This document shows positions 12,406 through 24,400 of a stretch of 64,000 nucleotides of DNA, in pieces. The translations under genes and the position numbers were made by a program. How positions within the stretch are numbered: the first letter of the stretch is position 1; every line of letters starts with the position of its first letter. The DNA is taken from positions 124,001-188,000 of the forward strand of contig NIVC01001842.1 of NCBI GenBank assembly GCA_002269645.1, given 5' to 3'. Origin of the DNA: Macrostomum lignano (Eukaryota). The notes below the pieces were generated by a model that worked only from the letters and a program-made list of their open reading frames with translations, was not told the DNA's origin and ran no database searches.

Positions 12406-15400
12406 CTGCGGTTGTATTGTTATATTAGAAACATGTTAGGCCACTCATTTTAAGTTTCTTGTCAAATACACTTCAGTCTACTTTCTATTGGGCATATATA
12501 ATGCACACGGATTTTTAATTCTATTGAATGCGTGAAAAATGAAGCTGTTATGCCAGGTTTATCGCTTGTCGCTCCGCCTAATGGCTCTTCAGTGGCTGGC
12601 GCGATATACAACGAGTGCAGAGACTGCGGGTGAAGCTTCATTCCGCACCACTTTGAAATGACATTAAAACTCTGGTGTCTTTCTTTAGTAAAGGCAGAAG
12701 GGTTGCTGTGTGCACCCTGGCGCACTTTAAGCGACATTGTCACGCAACCGGCGAGAGGCATTACTGCCCATTCCGCCGACTCCCCTGAGCAGGCACACAA
12801 GCGCGCGGATACGTACGCAGTCATACGCACAGGCACACACTCACAGGAGTGTACAGCGGCCCTAACTTTATTTATCGTTAGGCCCTCAAGGGGTTGGCCC
12901 TCAAGGCCGTTAATTGCACGAGCAGAGCCAGCCGAGATTCCAATTCAGCCTCATATTAATGTCAAGGACTACTCAAGTAGAGGGACTGAAAACTACGATT
13001 CTTAGAAAAAGTTACGGAGGCGGCTGGTTTTCGCCGAAAAATGCACTACGGAGATAGGAAGTTTTCACTTTTTTCATATCAAAATTGTTATTGCTTTCAA
13101 TAGGAGGCAGACCCAGTGTTCATCTTTTGATATGTTCTGTTTTTCATATTGCTCTATCGATATTCATAAAGCTTTTTGTTTAGAAAATTAGCATTCTATG
13201 TTAATTTTTCATTCTACATGGCACAGCTCGGCTCTTTGGTTTTATGAATCTATTTTATCGATCTTTGTTACACATTTTGTTACACAGTCAGCTAAGAATG
13301 ATAAAATATATTCATAAAACAATGAGCCGGGCCTGGGCCGCTGGCACATCAGAGGGCCGCGCCAGGCCGCTGGGCTACGGCCCCCTGCCCTCGTATTGAG
13401 CCAGAGCTGCATTTTGCAAAAGTCTCCGTTGATCCTTGACGACTCACCGCCCAAGTCAGCCATGAGATTGGTGGCTGTATAAGCCGGCTCCTCCGTGATC
13501 TCGTCTCCGAACTCATCGGAGGCTGACACTGTCAGTTTCAACAGCCGATTCTCCAGCTTCTCCAACAGATCCGTCAGGTGAGTCACCTGGTCATCTGTTC
13601 GCTCTACATCGCTAAGATGAGAGAACCGCTTGGCCCTCAGGTAGACGTAGTAGATGCTGGCGATGCCCCTGGACATCATGTAGTTGTTGGGGAAGGCCCA
13701 GTCCTGCAGGTGGCTCACCAGAAACTCCATCGCAGTCTCCGGCCGCAGCTTCGGCCAGGGCGAGGTGGCCAGCCGGATTTTGTAGCCGCGAACTTCGCAC
13801 GGAGGCGGGCAGAATCTCCGGGCCTCGAGCTCGTAAGAGTACAGCTGGCGCAGCTGCCTGGAGTGGCACTGCTCCGTCTGATGCACCTGCTGCGGCTCCG
13901 AGGTGTTGAAGCAGCCGGGGTGGCCCGCCAGGTCCGCGGGATCGGCAGGAAGGAGGGCAGGCAGCCACAGTTGGCGAAGAAGCGGCGCACTTTGAAGGCG
14001 TTGAGGCAGTCCTCCTGCCGGGCTGCCGGGAACTGCAGCGACTGGGAGACCGGGCCTCTGCGGGGGGACATGGGGAGTGCTGGGATCTGTGCTGAGATCT
14101 GTGCTGGGATCTGTGCTGGGATCTGTGCTGGGATCTGTGCTGGGATCTGTGCTGGGATCTGTGTTGGGATTTGTGCTGGGATATGTGCTGGGATCTGTGT
14201 TGGGATCTGTGCTGGGATCTTTGCTGGGATCTGTGCTGGGATCTGTGCTGGGATCTGTTCTGGGGTCTGTGTTGGGATCTGTAATGGAACTGTGTTGGGA
14301 TCTGTGCTGGGATCTGTGGTGGAATCTGTGGTGGAATCTGTGCTGGGATCTGTGCTGGGATCTGTGGTGGAATCTGTGGTGGAATCTGTGCTGGGATCTG
14401 TGCTGGGATCTGTGCTGGGATCTGTTGTGTTACGACACAGAAGCAGCGTTGGAAACGCTGCGTCTGGAAACTTTAGACTTCTGTGTCGCAACACAACAGG
14501 ATTTGTGCTGCGATCTGAAATCTGAGACACAGGGATCTTGGATCCTGTACTTCTAGCAACTCCCAGCAACCAGTGAGTGGCCACACAAACTCGGACTTCA
14601 CCTTAATCTGCTCAACTCCTCCAGGACTCGTTTCAGTTCCGCAATCTTGGCTGTCCAATTGGTCGCTGAGAACATGCGACTGAGGTCGAGGCTCTCGCTA
14701 CAGTGTATGAGGTTGCATTTATTAGTACCTTAAACTTGAATTAGCAATTGATGACTTGGTAACTTAGTAGCTGAGCTACCCTCATTCATCGCTGTAACTC
14801 TATCATCTTTGTCACTCTCATCTTTGTCACTCTCATCTTTGTCACTCTCATCTTTGTCACTCTCATCTTTGTCACTCTCATCTTTGTCACTCTCATCTTT
14901 GTCACTCTCATCTTTGTCACTCTCTCATCTTTGTCACTCTCATCTTTGTCACTATCATCTTTGTCACTCGTCACTCTCATCTTTGTCACTCTCATCCTTG
15001 TCACTCTCATCTTTGTCGCTCTCATCTTTGTCACTTGTCACTCTCATCTTTGTCACTCTCATCTTTGTCACTCTCATCTTTGTCACTCTCGTCTTTGTCA
15101 CTCTCTCATCTTTGTCACTCTCATCTTTGTCACTCTCATCCTTGTCACTCTCATCCTTGTCACTCTCATCCTTGTTACTCTCATCTTTGTCACTCGCCCT
15201 GTCACTCGCCCTGTCACTCTTTTCTTACTTATCCAATGTATCACTCCGGATCGTCACTCTCATAATGACAGTCCAACAAAAATCAGCCTCACTTAAGCTG
15301 CACCCAGGTGTTATTCCAATTCGGCAACAAATAGGTGATCGGCCTCGTTTCGCTGACGCACTCTCGATGTGGCGGTTTTGAGTAGCGAGTAGTCTTGCTG

Positions 15401-18400
15401 TAGCGGAGCCGCAGGTCCGTGTGCTGGCCGGGGCTGAGGTTAATGATGTCCGATGGCCAGGGGTACTCAGAACGGGGCACCACCAGCACCTTCGTGGGTG
15501 GTTGTTTTTTGAGGGGCTGGCTTATATGAAGTAATTAGTGGAGCTATTTAGACGCAACTTTATAACAAGATTTACGAATTCATTTTACTAGTCACTCCAT
15601 CGTCACTCTACTAGTCACTCCACCATCACTCTACTAGTCACTCCACCATCACTCTACTAGTCACTCCACCATCACTCTACTAGTCACTCCACCATCACTC
15701 TACTAGTCACTCCACCATCACTCTACTAGTCACTCCACCATCACACATGCACACAGCCCCATGCCTCTAAAAATAAAAGGTCACTCCATCGTCACTATGC
15801 TAGTCACTCCAGTGTCAAAATTTACTATTCACTTCACGGTCACTCTCCTATAAGTCACTCGCGCATTCTTACGCGCATGGCGCTGCTGTCGCTGTCAAAG
15901 TCGCCTGAGCCCGGTCGCAGGATGCGCGCCAGCTTGCTGGCGTTGTCGAAGCGCCTGCCGACGGAGTCGGTGGTGTCGGTGAAGAAGCCCACACTCAGGC
16001 GGGCCTCGGCAGGTCGCAGCAGCCGCCGCGGATCCTTGGAGGCCACCGGGCGGAAGCGGTGGCACAGGCCGAGCCGCGGGTGCAGCAGCGTCTGGAAGTC
16101 GGCGGCAGAGCAGCGGCGCCCAGCGAAGCGGCAGCCCGAGAGGCCGGCGGCCACGTCGCCGCCGAACTGCCGCCACAGAAGGCCGCGGCCGGCGCCGGCC
16201 GACACGGACTCGGACACCGCGGTCACGGCGCGGTCTGCGGTACGGCAGAGGCTTTGGGGTGTCAGTGAATGCATTAGGGTGTCAGTGGATGTATTGGGGT
16301 GTCAGTTGATGCATTGGGGTGTCAGTGGATGCATTGGGGTGTCAGTGAATGCATTGGGGTGTCAGTGAATGCATTGGGGTGTCAGTGAATTCATTGGGGT
16401 GTCAGTGGATGCATTGGGGTGTCAGTGAATGCATTGGGGTGTCAGTGAATGCATTGGGGTGTCAGTGGATCCATTGGGGTGTCAGTGGATCCATTGGGGT
16501 GTCAGTGGATGCATTGGGGTGTCAGTGAATGCATTGGGGTGTCAGTGGATGCATTGGAGTGTCAGTGAATGCATTGGTGTGCCAGTGGATGCATTGGTAT
16601 GTCAGTGGATGCATTGGGATGTCAGTGGATACATTAGGGTGTCAGTGAATGCATTGGGGTGCCAGTGGATGCATTGGGGTGTCAGTTGATGCATTGGGGT
16701 GTCAGTGGATGCATTGGGGTGTCAGTGGATGCATTGGGGTGTCAGTGAATGCATTGGGGTGTCAGTGAATGCATTGGGGTGTCAGTGAATGTATTGGGGT
16801 GTCAGTGGATCCATTGGGGTGTCAGTGGATGCATTGGGGTGTCAGTGAATGCATTAGGGTGTCAGTGGATGCATTGGGGTGTCAGTGAATGCATTGGGGT
16901 GTCAGTGAATGCATTGGGGTGTCAGTGAATGCATTGGGGTGTCAGTGGATCCATTGGGGTGTCAGTGGATCCATTGGGGTGTCAGTGGATGCATTGGGGT
17001 GTCAGTGGATCCATTGGGGTGTCAGTGGATCCATTGGGGTGTCAGTGGATGCATTGGGGTGTCAGTGAATGCATTGGGGTGTCAGTGGATGCATTGGAGT
17101 GTCAGTGAATGCATTGGTGTGCCAGTGGATGCATTGGGATGTCAGTGGATGCATTGGGATGTCAGTGGATGCATTGGGATGTCAGTGGATGCATTGGGAT
17201 GTCAGTGGATACATTAGGGTGTCAGTGAATGCATTGGGGTGCCAGTGGATGCATTGGGGTGTCAGTGGATGCATTGGGGTGTCAGTGAATGCATTGGGGT
17301 GTCAGTGAATGCATTGGGGTGTCAGTGGATGCATTGGGGTGTCAGTGAATGCATTGGGGTGTCAGTGAATGCATTGGGGTGTCAGTGAATGCATTGGGGT
17401 GTCAGTGAATGCATTGGGGTGTCAGTGAATGCATTGGGGTGTCAGTGAATGCATTGGGGTGTCAGTGAATGCATTGGGGTGTCAGTGAATGCATTGGGGT
17501 GTCAGTGAATGCATTGGGGTGTCAGTGAATGCATTGGGGTGTCAGTGAATGCATTGGGGTGTCAGTGAATGCATTGGGGTGTCAGTGAATGCATTGGGGT
17601 GTCAGTGAATGCATTGGGGTGTCAGTGAATGCATTGGGGTGTCAGTGAATGCATTGGGGTGTCAGTGAATGCATTGGGGTGTCAGTGAATGCATTGGGGT
17701 GTCAGTGAATGCATTGGGGTGTCAGTGAATGCATTGGGGTGTCAGTGAATGCATTAGGGTGTCAGTGGATGCATTGGGGTGTCAGTGAATGCATTAGGGT
17801 GTCAGTGGATGCATTGGGGTGTCAGTGAATGCATTGGGGTGTCAGTGAATGCATTGGGGTGTCAGTGAATGCATTGGGGTGTCAGTGAATGCATTGGGGT
17901 GTCAGTGGATGCATTGGGGTGTCAGTGAATGCATTGGGGTGTCAGTGAATTCATTGGGGTGTCAGTGGATGCATTGGGGTGTCAGTGGATGCATTGGGGT
18001 GTCAGTGGATGCATTGGGGTGTCAGTGAATGCATTGGGGTGTCAGTGAATGCATTGGGGTGTCAGTGAATGCATTGGGGTGTCAGTGAATGCATTGGGGT
18101 GTCAGTGAATGCATTGGGGTGTCAGTGGATCCATTGGGGTGTCAGTGGATGCATTGGGGTGTCAGTGAATGCATTGGGGTGTCAGTGAATGCATTGGGGT
18201 GTCAGTGAATGCATTGGGGTGTCAGTGAATGCATTGGGGTGTCAGTGAATGCATTGGGGTGTCAGTGGATCCATTGGGGTGTCAGTGGATGCATTGGGGT
18301 GTCAGTGGATGCATTGGGGTGTCAGCGAAGTCGTGAAGATGTCTGTAGATGATTTATGAGCAAAGCGACTACATTAAGCCTCTCTGGTAAGCTCCTGGAT

Positions 18401-21400
18401 GCAAAATTAACTTTGAATAGCAGCCTGTTGCCAAGGACTCACAGCATGGCTTGACGCTGCAAATTCTGAATTGAGCATATCCCCGCCGATTGGACTTCGA
18501 GAAGCAGGAAGGCACGGCTGAGGCTGATAGAAGACTGCGGCGGCTGTTTTTAAGCAAATACGTCAATTTTAACTACTGGTAGTAGAAATAGCAACATTTG
18601 TGTTAATTTTTTCCAAAAGATTTTACTTACAAATAAGTTCCATTCTTCCATAGATAATCCACCATGACTTTGGTTTGACGGCAATTCACTCTACTAGTCA
18701 CTTCACCGTCACTCTACTAGTCACTTCACCGTCACTCTACTAGTCACTCAACCGTCACTCTACTGGTCACTCCCAGTCACTTTGCTAGTCACTCCACAGT
18801 CACTCTACTAGTTCACTCTACTAGTCACTTCACCGTCACTCTACTAGTCACTCCACCGTCACTCTACTACCCAGTGGCAAAGCCGAGCTCGGTCCGAGCT
18901 CGGGCCGACGTCGGCCACTCGGCATTCGATCGGCCATGCTAAAGTCGGCCAGCCGACGTCGGCCCGAACTCGGGAGAACCTCGGGGTGCCGCGCCGTTAA
19001 CCGATTAAAATTTTTAATCAATTAAGCAGAATTTACCTACGATAATCAATTCGATATGATTAAAAAAGAACACCGCATAAATATAGATGAATAATTTACA
19101 CTGAAAAAGTGACTCTTTTGCAATAAACAAAAACAACGCAATCATACAGCACTTTTGATCCACCAAAGTGGTGCAATGTGCTTTTTACACATACTAATTG
19201 TGTTTTTACTGAATTAGTTTTTTCGTTGAGTAGGCGATTTGACTTTTATGGATTTATTCTCCTTCGAGACGACCATGAAGTGCATGCGTTATAGGTACGG
19301 AAATTCGAAGTACTGGATTTTAACAATTATATATATGAGTAATTTACCAGATAAAAGAACATAGCTTCGTTAGTAAAAATATAAATAAATAATAAACTGC
19401 TTCAGAATTTACCTAAGGCGTAATTATTGCTCATTTTTTGCCATTCATTTGAATATATTGCTCCCATGTAGTCGGGTCACGTATCATGCAGGTGGTTTTT
19501 TAGTCAATTGTAAACAGTGTCTGGCTCTTTTTAACGTGGCAATTCATTTAGCTTCTTAGTTATTATTTTTATTAAACGTTCTTTGGAAGCATTTAGATGT
19601 TTCGGCAAAAATTCCAGAGACATACTTAGTCTTACAGTTAAGCCGAAACTAATTGAACTATAGCTAGTTGAAGTTAACTACACTGTAGTGTAATGCAATG
19701 TAAACTTGCTTCTTTTTTGGGTTTAATGGAGATTGCTTACAATTTATGAATAGGCGTATGAAATATGTTCTCATAAATAATAATAAGACATATTACGATG
19801 GCAATTCACCAGCTATTTTCAGAATGGCTATCAAATAGTTATCTAGATTCTAGGAGTTAAAAGTGAATAAATATCTACAAAAAAGCATATTTTCATGATA
19901 AAATGTTTAAAAGTAAAGGATTATAATTGGAGTTACCATAACTTAACTGTAGGAATGATATCTAGCTTAGGTCATAAATCCTGTGATTTGAAGTCTAAAA
20001 TGGCCTAAATAAAGCCAGGTTTTTAAGCTCCTATGATATTTTTATCCTTACTATATTTAGCTTCTTATTTTTTCATTTGTCTAGGCCTATGGCAATGCCA
20101 TCATGAATTACATACAATCAGTTAATTTAAGGCATTGTTTATGTACTATAGGCCAGGATATAATGCCAATTGTGCATTTTATGGCAGGCAATTTAATGTA
20201 ATTTTGCTATATATGCCAGATTTTTTACTTTTTTGAATTGATTCACAGTATTCATATTATACTATATTCTCTTTCTAATGACTTTTTAGTATAACTATAG
20301 TATACTTATTTTACTATTATAGGTTTTTACTTTATTTTGCACTATAGACTAGATCTTGATGCTATTTTTATATACTAGGGCCCTATGCCACATTTGGCAT
20401 CAGTTTTGTTCTACAGGCCAGATTTGGGTATCATTTTTGTGTTTTTCCATTTATGCATTTGACTCCAATTTTTTTACCTTTTCATCATACAGCTTCATTT
20501 CTAACCCCTTGATGTTCTAGATACAACACTGAGAAAATGGGGTGAGATTCTAAGCCTCCCCACAAGCAATGCAGAAGCAGCAGCACGACACCCATGCCCA
20601 TGACCACCGCATTGAGATGGGCAACACAGTTGTTGCGAGGGACTTTGCTGCTGATGGCAGCTAGAAGCCTGCTGTTGTGACCGACTGCTCCAGGGCTGTC
20701 TCTTGCCAGTTTGACAATGGTCGAGAGGTCCATCGGCACATCAATCAAATACCTGCGGCGCCTTCCAAAGTTGAGCAACCGCTATGTGCCAAGGTGCCTG
20801 ATGATCAACAGAAGCCTCTGCGGAGACGCCTGGCCAGGCGCCAGAGTTGAACTCTGCGGTGCCACTTTGACGTTCGACCAGGGCAAGAGCTTAACCTGAC
20901 CGGCTGCGCTACCAGTGACTATGGACTGTTCCTCTATGGACTGTGAACTGATTTGCGTCTTTTATTCCCGTTTTTATCCAACGCTTAATCTTTGTGGAGA
21001 GGAGTGTGGTGACTTGGCTGAGCAAATTGTTGTTTGTTTTGTTAGCTTGTTTTTACTCCGTGTTTTGAGGTGGTGTTTTACCAGTTTCGCTGCGTGCTCC
21101 CTTCTGCGATATTTCGCTGTAAATTCTTATGTGCGCTCTGCATTCTGGCCGCTCTTGCTCTCCACCCTTAAGCCTCTTACACCCAATGTATCGTGCTCAA
21201 TATTTACAATATAAATTGCAGTCGCTTTCCTCGGATCAAGCGTCTCGTTCTACAATCTAAAGTGAAGTCTTTACAGTTTATAATGTTAATAAATGCTCAA
21301 CCAAGTCTGTATCACAACCCTTAACTCAACCTCTGTTTTCAGCTGTTTAGCTACTTTTTCTCTTTGTTTTCTTGCTTATTGGTTGAAAAGTTAATCTTGT

Positions 21401-24400
21401 ATCATTATTAGCATTTGATAATACACTAGTGTGCTTGTGGTGGATTTACTGTTGCAGTGTTCTTTTAATTCAATTATTTTAAGTTCTTCTAAATCGTTGT
21501 CTTATTTCACAATCATTTAATCCTGGACATGGTTGTTGGTTGTATATTTGTTGGGTCAGAGAACTGAGTCTGGTGGATATGTATCTAATTCCGAGGGGAA
21601 ATCAATTAAACTAGTTATACTAGAGGCTCACCATAACTAGGCTCATATACATTACCACTGCAAAGCACTAACATGCTAGGAATGACATGGGATCTTTAAC
21701 TCGATGGTTTCAATTCGTGTCATGTCGTTTTCCCATTCACCTTTTCTTTTTCATGTAATACCGAATTGTACATGTACAGTAAAATTCTATAGAAAGTGAA
21801 AGTGGCACCTACATGTAGTCAATCTGTAAAAAGCAATATAAGCTTTATAAAAAGCTAAATAGAAAGTATAGTGCAAAGCTACTCGGCATTACCGCGGTCA
21901 GCCGACCTCGGCCCGAGGTCGTCGGCCCGAGCTAGAACCGCCGTCAACCCGCCGAGCTCGGCCCGATCTCGGCGGACCGAGCTCGGGCCGAGGTCGGCTT
22001 TGCCACTGGGTAGTCACTCAACCGTCACTCTACTGGTCACTCCCAGTCACTTTGCTAGTCACTCCACCGTCACTCTACTATTCACTCAACCGTCACTCTA
22101 CTGGTCACTCCACCGTCACTCTACTAGTCACTCCACAGTCACTCTACTAGTCACTCCACCGTCACTCTACTAGTCACGCGAGCGTCATTTTACGGTAGCC
22201 GCAGCCCAGTGGTCTGGCGCGGCGCTCTGATGCTCCAGCGACCCAGGCTCGATTCCAAGTGCAGTCACATTTATTTGGGTCTGAATTGGAATCTCGGCTT
22301 GGCTCTGCTCGTGCAATTAGCGGCCTTGAGAGTCAACCCCCCAAGGCGCAGTGAAGTGTACATGCCTAACGATTAATAAAGTTAGGGCCCCTGTACACTC
22401 CTGTGTGAGTGTGTGCCTGTGCGTATGACTGAGTACGTATCCGCGCGCTTGTGTGCCCGCTCAGGGGAGTCGGCGGAATGGGCAGCAATGCCTCTCGCCG
22501 GTTGTGTGACAATGTCGCTCAAAGTGCGCCAGGGTGCACACAACCCCTGGAGGAACGAAGTTAAGACAATAATGTGCTTATCGTGCTACTCACGACAGTA
22601 AGGCACGTTGCAGTAAGCCGCTGAAAGCTGACCATGTTCATCATGGTAGAAGCAGTAGGGCCCGTCATTGAAACTCGAAATCGAACTCCGGAACGCCAAA
22701 ATTAGCGGCTTTGGTGCTGAAATCAGTGTTATTTACGATTGAGCAGCTCACCTGAATGTCTAACCCTAACATGAAAATGAAAAAAGAAACTTTCACTCCA
22801 CAACTATATAAAATAGAACAGAGTCACATGCGGTAACCTCCACTGCCCCAGATCAAATGCAATAATTTTTTTCTGTGAAAAAAAGATTTTCTCTTATCTC
22901 CACAGTGTATTTTTTCCCGGAAATCGGCCGCTTGAAAATTAAACGATTTTTTTAGTTTACGTCCTGTTATACAACAGTGGTCCTTGATCCTGTGATACTA
23001 CAGTGGTCCTTGATCCTGTGATACTACAGTGGTCCTTGAAACTGTTATACTACAGTGGTCCTTGATCCTGTGATACTACAGTGGTCCTTGAACCTGTGAT
23101 ACTACAGTGGTCCTTTAACCTGTGATACTACAGTGGTCCTTGATCCTGTGATACTACAGTTGTGCTTTTGATCCTGTGATACTACAGTGGTCCTTGAACC
23201 TGTGATACTACAGTGGTCCTTGAACCTGTGATACTACAGTGGTCCTTGATCCTGTGATACTACAGTGGTCCTTGAACCTGTGATACTACAGTGGTCCTTT
23301 TGATCCTGTGATACTACAGTGGTCCTTGAACCTGTGATACTACAGTGGTCCTTTTGATCCTGTGATACTACAGTGGTCCTTGATCCTGTGATACTACAGT
23401 GGTCCTTGAACCTGTGATACTACAGTGGTCCTTTTGATCCTGTGATACTACAGTGGTCCTTGAACCTGTGATACTACAGTGGTCCTTTTGATCCTGTGAT
23501 TCTACAGTGGTCCTTGAACCTGTGATACTACAGTGGTCCTTGAAACTGTTATACTACAGAGGTCCTTTTGATCCTGTTATACTACAATGGTCCTTGAATC
23601 ACGTGCATGGTGTGAACCGCGTCACTTGGGGCTAAGATTTACCTTGGAACATAAGCAAGAGTTTCATTTTATCCAAGTGGCCTGGTGGTGAATTGCTTGA
23701 ATTGCAAAGCACTCACCTTCATGCCTCACTTGATAGACGCTTAAGTAGCCTCCAACTCCGCCGCACTTCTGCTTATAACCGAAAGGACAAGTTGAGTCGC
23801 AATGCTCGTCTCCTTGAGGACGGTTCCACAGAAATTTCCTGGCGCAATGGCAACCCCTCGGGCTAAGTCCGATGTAGCTGAAGTTGCTATTGAAGCAGCA
23901 CTGGGCGCAGTTGCTGGTCGACCAGCGCATGGCGTAGTCAATTCTGTCCGCATTGGGTGTCTCACCTGGCTTATAGATTCGTTCGTACATTGAGCCGCAT
24001 ACCGGTATGGAGAATGCGGAGCCCACCGTGTCATTGTGGAAACAGCCCCTGTACCTGTGGAATGGATCTGGAAAGATTTGTATAGATTTTACTTTTCTAC
24101 TCATTATGGTCACTAGACAGTCACCACCAGTCACCACACTGAAGGCTCTCACAAGCTGCCACCACACTGAAGGCTCTCACAGGCTGCCACCACACTGAAG
24201 GCTCTCACAGGCTGCCACCACACTGAAGGCTCTCACAGGCTGCCACCACACTGAAGGCTCTCACAGGCTGCCACCACACTGAAGGCTCTCACAAGCTGCC
24301 ACCACACTGAAGGCTCTCACAAGCTGCCACCAGTCACCACACTGAAGGCTCTCACAAGCTGCCACCAGTCACCACACTGAAGGCTCTCACAAGCTGCCAC

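Noticed and set aside
18330-18580. GC-balanced segment with a 48-nt GTGAGT...CAG intron-like piece on the minus strand
   Set aside because: No combination of splice sites I tried gave a stop-free, phase-compatible ENaC exon or a recognisable domain. It remains unresolved.
23664-24167. WSC ORF as an independent nested gene
   Set aside because: It has no signal peptide or credible start (the ORF begins in satellite DNA) and has strong phase-1 splice sites at both ends, so it behaves as an internal exon.
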